Below, one piece after another: positions 36,897-45,582 of a stretch of DNA of 64,000 bases (position 1 is its first letter; the number at the start of each line of letters is the position of its first letter). Position numbers and translations under genes: made by a program. The notes under the pieces are model-generated. The model was not told the origin of the DNA, ran no database searches, and was given only the letters and a program-made list of their open reading frames with translations. This DNA is from a virus: positions 96,001 through 160,000 of the IMG/VR virus record IMGVR_UViG_3300032315_001401; one strand, 5' to 3'.

Positions 36897-37127
36897 TCAT
36901 GTGGTAAATGCCTCCAGAATACCAGAGTCATACTCTTCTTGCAATGCAAACTTTTGAGCGTTGATGATTCTTTCCATAATGCGATCGGTATAACGATCAT
37001 CAAACTGTTTTTCATCTGCCAGAAGAGTAAATGCTTCGGTGTCAGATTCTGCAATCAGATTAATCAGACCACCATATTCACTGGAAGGAAACGGAACCCA
37101 GTAGTCTACAATGTAAAGATACTTCAT
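36897..37127 (-). CDS. Conserved cyanophage hypothetical protein
   Basis: MKYLYIVDYWVPFPSSEYGGLINLIAESD... Confidence 0.65.
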   Translation of the reverse strand: MKYLYIVDYWVPFPSSEYGGLINLIAESDTEAFTLLADEKQFDDRYTDRIMERIINAQKFALQEEYDSGILEAFTT

Positions 37128-37566
37128 TTCTTGTGTTAAATTACTCCTTAATTTTAGTCGAATGTATAGGATTTGTCAACTGTCGATTCAACTCAACTTT
37201 CATCTGAATCAAACGCGAATGTAGATAAACAGCATACTCATTGGTTGAAAGCAATGAGATCAGATTCTCAATTTGCAATAATGCCAGAATCAGTTTGGTG
37301 TTCTCATTCATAGAAACTCTGCAACAAAATAATCAACCGTCAGTTCAAGTTTAGCAGCAGTGTTCTCAATATAATCATCAACCAATTCGGGTGCATCCTC
37401 TTGAAGAATATGATAATACTGATACCACATAGGAGAAAGAGATTCAATCATTTGTGAGGGCGGTTGTAGGACTCAAACAGTTTAGCATCTCTCTGAATCA
37501 GAAAGGCATTGTAACCAATCAACAGAGATAGAATGACAATGCAATAGGCAATCGTTTTGCGATTCA

Positions 37567-38617
37567 TCAGCACGCTCCTGCCATTGGATTCACATTCACC
37601 GATTCGGTATTGAAACCGGTCACATTATAACCCAGACCAATACGCTCTTCACACTCACGCTCAAAGTCACGCTTGCTGATACACTTGGTGCTCATTGTAT
37701 CCACACCCTGAAACTTCAGCACCTTGTACATAAATTGAGTGCTTCCTTGAATCGGATAATAATCAACAACCATCGTGCCAGTGGTAGAGGTCAGTTGCAT
37801 TGAGAGTGTCTCGCGATTACCTTTGTATTATAGGTCAGAACGACGGCACCACGTCGTTGCGTATGCCAGTTTCCGAACTGTCCATCTGCTCATAGAGAGT
37901 GTAAAGTTTGTTGTACAGTGCTGGCACACTTCCATACTCTCTGGCAATCATTCTTTCTTCTCTGATCTCCAGAAGTTGAAGTGCAGATAAAATCACACCA
38001 ATTTCATGAACATTCAGTCTTACAAAATCTTCAGTCATTATTTCAATTCAATACGATCAAATACTAGCATACCAATTTCAAAAAGTAAATCTTCATCCAT
38101 ATCTCCCATCACACTGCGAATCCCTTCAACCACAGCAGTCTGCATGTATTCAGTGAATCCTTCATCCTCATAGATGTAATTGATAATTGCAGGTTTGAGT
38201 GCATCCGCAATCTTGGAAACAGAAGTGTTAGAGAGTTTCATTGTCATTGAATGTTGAGATACTTTTCGTTGCGAATCATATGGTCAAGAACTTCACCAAT
38301 CATTTGACGGTAAGTTTCATCATAGTTTTTGCTACACTCTTCATAAGCATCATACAGTTTGGTGTAGAGTGTATCCCAGTGTTGACGAGTAATAACAGTC
38401 ATCAGTAGTGTGCCTCCGAATAATCAAGTTGAGCAGAATACTTTGCAATGGCATCATAACACTTTGCCCGCATACCATCATCGGCACCCACAATGAACTC
38501 AAAGCAATACTTCATACGCTGCTCGGGATGTGAATTGATTCGTGCAATCTCTTGCTGTTGCTTGTTGTAAGCAAACATCTCACGGTCAGCAAAACTGGTG
38601 GTGTAGTAGGGGTGCAT
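37567..38617 (-). other. Run of small early hypothetical ORFs (37567..37800, 37835..38038, 38038..38247, 38402..38617 and others)
   Basis: ORF track; tightly packed on the minus strand and driven by cassette promoters. Confidence 0.55.
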
Positions 38618-38644
38618 CAGGCGTTTCCGTTGATTACCTTGTAA

Positions 38645-39142
38645 TTATACTGCCTGCATCAGGCGGTTCCGGAACCACTGTGCCACTTTGGGGGCTGGCA
38701 CAGGGTTCTTCTCAATCAAATACTCCAGATATAAGGTTTCTTCTTGCTCTCGTGCCTCAATTTCATGCGGTTGATGCCAATACTCAATATCTTCGACGCA
38801 TTCTTTACCATAATACATTTTTCCACGCTTGGACCGCAGCGAACCCACTACCCACTGTCGCAGATGTGTCAGTTCGTGCAAAAGAGTTTTTATATACAAC
38901 TCCTTACACATATGCGTGTCAAGTTCAATCAGGAACTCACGGGGACGATAAGATTCTCCCACATAGTCACAGTAACCATAAACTGCTTCACGACGCAGAC
39001 CACGATGAAGAATCTCCACTTCAATCTTGTGTCGTGGCAGAAACTTATTCAAAAACCAAGAGGTAACGTCCTCACAGAGGCGTTTAGAGTAACCATATCC
39101 AGAAGTTTGAATGTAAGACATTGCCCCCAATGCAAAAACCAA
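38645..39142 (-). CDS. HExxH zinc metallopeptidase-like protein (SprT/ImmA-like)
   Basis: YIKTLLHELTHLRQWV followed by YWHQPHEIEAREQE, which supplies a downstream Glu ligand. Likely start is 39121. Confidence 0.7.
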   Translation of the reverse strand: MVFALGAMSYIQTSGYGYSKRLCEDVTSWFLNKFLPRHKIEVEILHRGLRREAVYGYCDYVGESYRPREFLIELDTHMCKELYIKTLLHELTHLRQWVVGSLRSKRGKMYYGKECVEDIEYWHQPHEIEAREQEETLYLEYLIEKNPVPAPKVAQWFRNRLMQAV

Positions 39143-39179
39143 ATGAATGAAAACATGAAAAGCAAACGGTCAAAGTTAT

Positions 39180-39569
39180 TCAATTGCATCCGAACATTGC
39201 TCCTCCAATTGCAGCACCCACAGGAACAGACCAATAATATCCATTGCCACGACTCATACTTGCAGCAACACCACCACCTAATAGAGCACCCAATACAGAC
39301 CGGGTTGGATTACAATATCTTCTACCATATCCACCATAACCATTCCCATAATACTGATTGGCAGGTCGATATCCTTGATTTACATTGTTGCAAGGAACAT
39401 TGTAAGATTGCACACTCACACCACCGGGAACATAATTACCATATTGATCATATCCACCGGGTCGATAGACTTCTTGATTCTGAGTGCAGACTGCAAACTG
39501 ATTGACCTGCTGTGCCTGAACTGGAACAGATAGAAGTGTCAGTGGAAGAAGAAAAAGAAGTTGTTTCAT
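39180..39569 (-). CDS. Secreted or membrane glycine-zipper protein
   Basis: N-terminal signal peptide MKQLLFLLPLTLLSVPVQA; C-terminal GALLGGGVAA...GAAIGGAMFGC. Confidence 0.65.
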   Translation of the reverse strand: MKQLLFLLPLTLLSVPVQAQQVNQFAVCTQNQEVYRPGGYDQYGNYVPGGVSVQSYNVPCNNVNQGYRPANQYYGNGYGGYGRRYCNPTRSVLGALLGGGVAASMSRGNGYYWSVPVGAAIGGAMFGCN

Positions 39570-39572
39570 TGT

Positions 39573-39926
39573 TCAGCGAGCGTAAAGATAATCACCCGCC
39601 CAATCGGCATTCTCAAGCAACCATTCACGCTGCTCAATGATGCGAAGGTCATAACGAACACCTTTGGCAGGTGCTTTAGTGCTGGCAGGTTTATACACTT
39701 CACCAGTTTTCTTATCAATGAAGCAATGAATACTATCAAGACGATTGTTAATGAACATGTGAATCTTGTGATACTTACGACCAGTAGATGTCAATTCAAA
39801 ATGATAATCTTTAGGAGCATTTTGACCTAGAGCATCACACAGCATGTGAGCATACTTGGTAACATTCAACTGAATGGTGTTACGGGCGTCTTGCTGGGCA
39901 GCGTAGTCAGCGAAGGTGGCAGTCAT
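39573..39926 (-). CDS. Conserved phage hypothetical protein
   Basis: GRKYHKI...HCFIDKKTGEVYKPASTKAPAKGVRY...ADWAGDYLY. Likely start 39926, behind the cassette at 39985. Confidence 0.7.
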   Translation of the reverse strand: MTATFADYAAQQDARNTIQLNVTKYAHMLCDALGQNAPKDYHFELTSTGRKYHKIHMFINNRLDSIHCFIDKKTGEVYKPASTKAPAKGVRYDLRIIEQREWLLENADWAGDYLYAR

Positions 39927-40151
39927 CGGTTGATTGCGTATGTGCTTATTATAGGGGCACACAGGCGCCTCTGGGAGGGTCAGTATGCCAGTTCTGAATC
40001 TGGCACATAGTAGTCGTCTTCTCCCAAGTATCCCATCCAATCTGCAGGTTCAGAACCATAAATTTCAATCTCACGGATTTCGTCAATCAATTCAGACAGT
40101 TCAACAGAATTCATTGGAGGTTCTCTCAACTACAAGTATATTATAACAGAA

Positions 40152-40172
40152 AACCCGCCTTTTGGGCGGGTT
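40152..40172 (-). terminator. GC-rich hairpin within a promoter cassette; possible intrinsic terminator
   Basis: AACCCGCC-5 nt loop-GGCGGGTT, followed by a short T-run on the minus strand. Confidence 0.45.
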
Positions 40173-40335
40173 CCTTGTGGCAGTTACTGAACTGGCGGTG
40201 GAAGTTGTGGGTGATTCATTTCTACTGTAGTCTTTTGAAGATTAAACATTGCACCGTCAAGAACTTTGGCAATAGGACCAAACCCAACAGTTGCAGCGAT
40301 AATCCCAAAAATCACACCAGAAATGAAGTTAAACA

Positions 40336-41385
40336 TCACTGATTCAAAGAAACAACACCACCATCAGGATCTACATCCACAATTTGAGAAGGACGAACAC
40401 CAAACTCAAAAGGAGTCCAGTTACGATCTTCTTTCAATTTGAGAGCGCAAAGTTTTACAGCATCCCACAACTCCATCAATTCATCTTTTGTAGAATCAAT
40501 GATTTCAGTTGCCTTGTCTGCTTTTTTGCCACTAGGAATATACAAGTGAACTTTAGATCTCCTACCTTCCGCAACATCTTTCAAAATGTGGGAGAAATTG
40601 CGAGGAACATATGTTCCATTCGGTTCAGCACAAATAATGCGTCCAGCAAAACCTTCTTCATCAATTTTACCACCAGAGGTATATCCTTCAGCAGCAAGAT
40701 ATTCTTCTGCCTCATTACAAGTAAAGGTGCGAAGACTTTTATCTGGATAGGATTTACTGTGAATTTTCTTAACAATTCCAGTCACTTTTTTCTGTTCAAA
40801 AGTATGAGGAATAGAGTTCACCCAATCACGAATTTCATCTTTTGAAACAAGATGATCTTGACGATTGACCCAATTAAGACCACGAGTCACAAAATCTTCA
40901 TCTGTAGAAGATTTACTTGCAGGGTGACTATTTGCGCCCAGACCAATCTCATCAAAAAGATCTTCCAGAGTATAACCGTCGTTAATTTCATAGACATCAA
41001 ATGCCCAAGCAACTTGTCCACGACGGGTCAGGGCACGAAAACGAGTGAAACCATCAATCAGTTTCAAAACTCCTTCAGCATAAGTAACAATAGGGGGAAG
41101 TTGATCGTAACGAATACCACACTCAAATTCACCATACAGGTTTTCCGTGTTGATATTGTCAGTGCCACCAGAACGAGCACGATTTTTGATTGTCTTACCA
41201 CCAACATCAATATTGGACAGATCTTCTACAATGGTAGTTTTGTAGGTTCCAGTGCGAAACTTCCTTCGTTTTTCCACAGAAGGAAGACGATTTACGTCAG
41301 GAACTTCACAAATGCTAATAGGGGTGTGTGTAGACATAATAAGTAATAAAATGCAAACTGCAGGATTAGATTGAGTGTTTGGCAA
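40336..41385 (-). CDS. ParB/Srx-like N-terminal domain protein
   Basis: GIRYDQLPPIV...LKLIDGFTRFRAL is a ParB-like 'lidGxhRxxA' motif; helical C-terminal part. Confidence 0.55.
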   Translation of the reverse strand: MPNTQSNPAVCILLLIMSTHTPISICEVPDVNRLPSVEKRRKFRTGTYKTTIVEDLSNIDVGGKTIKNRARSGGTDNINTENLYGEFECGIRYDQLPPIVTYAEGVLKLIDGFTRFRALTRRGQVAWAFDVYEINDGYTLEDLFDEIGLGANSHPASKSSTDEDFVTRGLNWVNRQDHLVSKDEIRDWVNSIPHTFEQKKVTGIVKKIHSKSYPDKSLRTFTCNEAEEYLAAEGYTSGGKIDEEGFAGRIICAEPNGTYVPRNFSHILKDVAEGRRSKVHLYIPSGKKADKATEIIDSTKDELMELWDAVKLCALKLKEDRNWTPFEFGVRPSQIVDVDPDGGVVSLNQ

Positions 41386-41455
41386 ATTGCCTTTTCAATC
41401 TCCAAGTATTATAGGGCAAGCGGGCAGGAAAGTCAAGGGTTCTGTTTCGGTTTTG

Positions 41456-42124
41456 TCACATAAAGGACAGAACGCTCTCGGTTTGGTTGTGTATCCTTTC
41501 TTGTGTCATTTGGAAATATTCTGGATTCATTTCAACACCAATAAAGTTTCTACCACACTGTTTTGCAGCAACACCAATTGCACCACTTCCCATACAAGGA
41601 TCAAATACAGTGTCACCAATGTTTGAACTTGCCTCAATCAATCTTGTCATAAGTTTAACTGGCTTGGGTGTTGGGTGATCTTTATATCTCTCTGTTGCAC
41701 AACGCCAGACAGCAGATTTACAGTGCTCATTGAACACTGCTCCCGACTTTTTGGCAAACACACAATTCTCTATACTGGACAACCATATATGTTGTCCGTT
41801 CATTGGAGAAGGATTAGTTTTCTCCCATATACAGTGCCTCACAGATAAACCGTGCTCGATCAATCGGTTGCGGATATGTGAGACCTGAACTGAACCACAA
41901 AAAATATAAATGCTCCCGTAAGTCACGCGAACAACTTCATCGATAAAGTTGTCAAGTGGAAATGTAATAATGTCTGCGTGACTTTTGTCAAGATTTCTCA
42001 ATCCACCACTCTTACGATTTACCTCATCATATGGTATATCTGTAAGAGTAAGCGAAATGCTCCCATCAGCAAGTGACGGGAGCACATTCATACAATTATC
42101 GTTATATAATTTTACTTCACTCAT
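41456..42124 (-). CDS. N6A/N4C DNA methyltransferase, beta class
   Basis: Motif IV LTDIPY near the N-terminus, HPTPKP, then motif I VFDPCMGSGAIG. Confidence 0.9.
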   Translation of the reverse strand: MSEVKLYNDNCMNVLPSLADGSISLTLTDIPYDEVNRKSGGLRNLDKSHADIITFPLDNFIDEVVRVTYGSIYIFCGSVQVSHIRNRLIEHGLSVRHCIWEKTNPSPMNGQHIWLSSIENCVFAKKSGAVFNEHCKSAVWRCATERYKDHPTPKPVKLMTRLIEASSNIGDTVFDPCMGSGAIGVAAKQCGRNFIGVEMNPEYFQMTQERIHNQTESVLSFM

Positions 42125-42135
42125 ACATTTTTGAT

Positions 42136-42540
42136 TTATTTATTCATTTGTAGTGTAGGGACAGGCATTCCACCTTCAGTGGGAACATAGATGGTCACAT
42201 TACCTTTGTTGGAACCTTCTTCCAGTCCAGTAATGTACAGATACTGAAGATACTCACGGTTATCTTTCAGTGAATTGCCGATGATTTGGTTTGCTTTTGC
42301 AACACCAGTGGCACGGATCACTTCAGCATCAGCAAGTTGTTGAGCACTATCTTTCTTTGCTTGTGCCTCCAGAACTGCAACTTGACGAGTGTATTCTGCT
42401 TTTTGAAGTTCTGCCTTACCTTGCAGAGATTGTGCCCACACATTATAGAGAGGACCAACCACTGCATTGATAATCATCAGACTCAAAAGAAAGGAAACGC
42501 CAATGATACTAGCGTTACGAAGAGTGTTATCAGGTTTCAT
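42136..42540 (-). CDS. Membrane protein with an SPFH/HflC-like coiled-coil tail
   Basis: N-terminal TM helix, then AEVIRATGVAKANQIIGNSLK...YLQYLYI, which resembles band-7 C-termini. Confidence 0.55.
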   Translation of the reverse strand: MKPDNTLRNASIIGVSFLLSLMIINAVVGPLYNVWAQSLQGKAELQKAEYTRQVAVLEAQAKKDSAQQLADAEVIRATGVAKANQIIGNSLKDNREYLQYLYITGLEEGSNKGNVTIYVPTEGGMPVPTLQMNK

Positions 42541-42677
42541 TTTGTTTCTCCAACATAAACATAATCAGGATGTTTGACTTTGAAAGCCTCTACTTGTTCT
42601 TGAGTTTTCAGGAACACCGAAAGCGTAGTGTTAGGATGTTCCTTATAATAATACTTTACACGAATCATATTCATAAA

Positions 42678-43064
42678 TCAAGCAGCAAGGGCACCAGAGG
42701 GAATTTCAACGACTTCAGGAAGTTTGCTGTCGTCAAACTGATGCATATTATAGCACACCCATTCACCACTACGGAAGACATAGGCATACTCTTCACTGTT
42801 GCCAGGAAGAAGATACTCACACAGGTCAGCATCAAGGCGAGGAGGGCAATTCTCACCACGAGCACTATAATACTCGGGTTTCTTATCTTCTGCCCAACAA
42901 GTGCTCATCTCACCACCATCAATCAGTTCAGCAGCAAGTTCTTTGCTGTTGTAGTGGGTGCGAAGAATGCGACCCAACCATTCGGGATAACCATCCCAAT
43001 GGTGGTAAGCAGAGAGAATAGAACCGTCAGCAAGTTCAAGACCGATGCGAGAGCGAGTTGCCAT
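42678..43064 (-). CDS. Conserved phage protein with YxHxDGYP motif
   Basis: MATRSRIG...SAYHHWDGYPEWLG...EEYAYVF. First gene after the cassette at 43127. Confidence 0.7.
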   Translation of the reverse strand: MATRSRIGLELADGSILSAYHHWDGYPEWLGRILRTHYNSKELAAELIDGGEMSTCWAEDKKPEYYSARGENCPPRLDADLCEYLLPGNSEEYAYVFRSGEWVCYNMHQFDDSKLPEVVEIPSGALAA

Positions 43065-43088
43065 TGGGGCGTTTCGTTGATTACCTTG

Positions 43089-43877
43089 TTAGTATAGGGC
43101 ATCCACCAGCGGATTCTGGGGGTCTTGTGCCACTTCCTCAACTGGCACACCATTGATCCTTTGTTGAGCAATCGAAAAGTATTCTTCCTCTCGCTCAATG
43201 CCGATAAAGTTTCTATTTTCCATTTTAGATGCGATTCCAGTGGTGCCAGCACCCATACAGGGGTCCAGCACCAGATCTCCCTCATTAGAGAATGTTCTAA
43301 TCAACCAACGATAAAGATCTACTGGTTTTTGTGTGGGATGGTATTTTCCTTCACCTTCTGCAGTCTTGAAGTAAATGACACTGCGAGGATACCTCAACCC
43401 ACTATCATTCTTTACATGAACTGCTTTTGTCTGAACACCATATGCTTCAGTATCTCTTACTGCAGTTCCCTTATCATATGGGGTTCCTTGTGTCATTTGG
43501 GGATTGTATGTTGGTTGCTTCTTATAAAACACTACAATATCTTCGTGAGCACGTAGAGGTTGTTTCTTGGCATTCAGATAACCAGTTGCTTTTGATTTTT
43601 CCCATACCATTGTATACTTGAAGTTCCTATAGTTTGAGGCAATAAGGACACTTGTAAATGGTTGTGCTGCTGTTGATATGATGGGGCACGTTGGTTTGCA
43701 TATGCGGTCAACATGCTCCCAAAACTTGGGATAATCAATGACGGTATCCCATTCATTTCTTTTGTTCAGAGTTCCATAAGGAAAATCTGTCAATAACAAA
43801 TCGATGCTCTGGGGAGCAAGATTCCCCAGAACATCGAACATATCATTATTGTGTAATACTATTGGAGATGTACTCAT
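43089..43877 (-). CDS. N6A/N4C DNA methyltransferase, beta class (probable cognate of the adjacent nuclease)
   Basis: LLTDFPYG, VWEK, HEDIVVF, RYPRSVI, HPTQKP and VLDPCMGAGTTG. Confidence 0.92.
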   Translation of the reverse strand: MSTSPIVLHNNDMFDVLGNLAPQSIDLLLTDFPYGTLNKRNEWDTVIDYPKFWEHVDRICKPTCPIISTAAQPFTSVLIASNYRNFKYTMVWEKSKATGYLNAKKQPLRAHEDIVVFYKKQPTYNPQMTQGTPYDKGTAVRDTEAYGVQTKAVHVKNDSGLRYPRSVIYFKTAEGEGKYHPTQKPVDLYRWLIRTFSNEGDLVLDPCMGAGTTGIASKMENRNFIGIEREEEYFSIAQQRINGVPVEEVAQDPQNPLVDALY

Positions 43878-44424
43878 AGAACCGATTTAACTCGTTTAAG
43901 TCTAAACTAAATTTTTCACGATAAATCGGTTTCTTGGAATCTCTCTTCTTAATATCATTAACAACAAATAATTCAAAACTCCTACCCGTTGCTTCTTTGC
44001 AAAGTGCTTGATAGTATCGGAGTGTTGATTCTGCAATAGATTTTTGCCCACAGAAGAGAACAAATTTAACATCACTGTCGGATGCTCTTGAAATCTCAAT
44101 GAAGTTCGCAACTGCTCTCATACAATATGAAGCATCAAGATATGCTTTACATTCGACAGCTATCTTCAAAATGTTTTCGAGAGTTCTGATGTGACGATCC
44201 ACTTGTACATTGTCCCTACTTTCATTCAAGCAATGTGCAGTCAAATAGTCGTTTTTAAGAGATTTTAATTGAGAAATTAAAGAAACTATATCGTCAACAA
44301 GATGTTCAAAAAGATCTCCAGAAGCATTTGCTGCTGCTCGTGGACCTTTTCGATCATAAATTTGCTGTAGGTTATTAAGATCACGGACATAATTTTGGAC
44401 CGCGATGGATGATTCGGTAAACAT
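43846..44424 (-). CDS. PD-(D/E)xK restriction-endonuclease-like protein
   Basis: SGDLFEHLV...QVDRHI...IAVECKAYLD; its 3' end overlaps the MTase start. Likely start is 44424. Confidence 0.65.
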   Translation of the reverse strand: MFTESSIAVQNYVRDLNNLQQIYDRKGPRAAANASGDLFEHLVDDIVSLISQLKSLKNDYLTAHCLNESRDNVQVDRHIRTLENILKIAVECKAYLDASYCMRAVANFIEISRASDSDVKFVLFCGQKSIAESTLRYYQALCKEATGRSFELFVVNDIKKRDSKKPIYREKFSLDLNELNRFYEYISNSITQ

Positions 44425-44497
44425 AGATTTTTCGTAATTGAATTCGACCTTTACTGTTGTGGGGGCACCTGTCGAACATTCCCTTATCCACAAAATC

Positions 44498-44533
44498 ATA
44501 ATACAATAAAAATGGGGGTTTGTCAACCCCCAT
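44498..44533 (-). terminator. cp12 intrinsic terminator hairpin that also contains the -35 box of a TTGACA-17-TATTAT promoter for the nuclease-MTase pair
   Basis: ATGGGGGTT-TGTC-AACCCCCAT (44512-44533) followed by TTTTATT on the minus strand. tgtcaa at 44521-44526, ataata at 44498-44503. Confidence 0.7.
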
Positions 44534-44554
44534 ATGCCAGTTTGCTAACTGTCC

Positions 44555-44767
44555 TCAACTATCATACATCCTACACTCTAATGCGTCAGGATTAGCATCG
44601 CAATAAAGTTCAAAAGCATTCGGATCGTGATCATCATTGGGATGATTTGCTTTATATGATTTAAGTGATTGCAATTCTTCTTCGGTATGTCTTCTTGCTT
44701 GTGGAGATGACATAGGATCATTCAAAAGATCCTTATCTCTTTGAATGTGTTGATCTATAGTGCTCAT
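44555..44767 (-). CDS. cp12: CP12 Calvin-cycle inhibitor (cyanophage type)
   Basis: C-terminal DPNAFELYCDANPDALECRMYD matches the CP12 CxxxPxxxxC motif; N-terminal IDQHIQRDKDLL...PQARRH is typical of cyanophage CP12. Confidence 0.9.
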   Translation of the reverse strand: MSTIDQHIQRDKDLLNDPMSSPQARRHTEEELQSLKSYKANHPNDDHDPNAFELYCDANPDALECRMYDS

Positions 44768-44787
44768 TGTTTTTTATCGGTATGGTA

Positions 44788-44795
44788 TATTTATT
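44788..44795 (-). promoter_or_regulatory. T4-type late promoter (AATAAATA) upstream of cp12
   Basis: About 20 nt upstream of the cp12 ATG. Confidence 0.55.
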
Positions 44796-44797
44796 TT

Positions 44798-45004
44798 TTA
44801 CTCACTTAAGGGACTACCTCTCCAATTCTTTGGTGGAGGTGGGTCACATTTTCCTTCAAGCGAACGAACTAACAATTCGGTAAATTTTTCCATTTTTTGA
44901 GGATGAACTGTAGCAGGGTTGTCATTAATTGCCTCTTTGAGTGCTACAAGTTCTTCCCATTCTTCAGGAGTGAGAATTTCGGGTCCTGTTTTTGCAAGTG
45001 TCAT
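44798..45004 (-). CDS. Conserved cyanophage hypothetical protein
   Basis: MTLAKTGPEILTPEEWEELVALKEAINDNPATVHPQKMEKFTELLVRSL; start could be 45004 or 45037. Confidence 0.65.
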   Translation of the reverse strand: MTLAKTGPEILTPEEWEELVALKEAINDNPATVHPQKMEKFTELLVRSLEGKCDPPPPKNWRGSPLSE

Positions 45005-45083
45005 AGTGTTGTTGCGGTGTGTCCCAAATGTTAGCATTTCAATATATTAATATCTAGTAACTTAATGTTTTCTTTGGGATCGC

Positions 45084-45101
45084 GTTACAAACATTTACAT
45101 T
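45084..45101. promoter_or_regulatory. HLR1 element (cyanobacterial RpaB binding site)
   Basis: GTTACAAA-CA-TTTACATT is a full match to (G/T)TTACA(T/A)(T/A)-N2-(G/T)TTACA(T/A)(T/A), in an intergenic position. Confidence 0.7.
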
Positions 45102-45582
45102 ATAATTCAACAATTGTATCTCTTTTAACATCAATGAATAAAAATTCCATCGATTCATCTGAAAGATTTCCACCGTCATGAATATTATTCATAACATCAT
45201 ATACCTGAACAATACCCTCTTTCCAATATATTTTTTCGCCCATCCAAGTCATATAGCATTTTTTTCTGTCTGGTATAGTTAAAGGTATTTGAATTCTTTT
45301 GTAAGGTTCTCGATAAATGTTCGGATCTTTATGTGCTATCAATATAGTTCCTGGTTCAAACAAAGAATATCCAGAATATAATATACTATCATTTTGATGT
45401 ATTCGAAATATTTCATCTGTCATAAATTTTTTTCGAATTAAAATAGTTTTCGAAATACTTTTCAACCAATAATGTGGTATAAACTTATTACAATACCCAT
45501 TTGTAGTTGGAGCTTTTTTAGTTGGAAAACTAGTTATCTTTGCCCACTTATATAAAGTTTGCAAATCATTTTGACTGACCAT
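45100..45582 (-). CDS. Aspartyl/asparaginyl beta-hydroxylase-family Fe(II)/2OG oxygenase
   Basis: LFEPGTILIAHKDP...RIQIPL...WKEG...HDGGNLSDESMEFLFID (HxD...H facial triad). Confidence 0.75.
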   Translation of the reverse strand: MVSQNDLQTLYKWAKITSFPTKKAPTTNGYCNKFIPHYWLKSISKTILIRKKFMTDEIFRIHQNDSILYSGYSLFEPGTILIAHKDPNIYREPYKRIQIPLTIPDRKKCYMTWMGEKIYWKEGIVQVYDVMNNIHDGGNLSDESMEFLFIDVKRDTIVEL

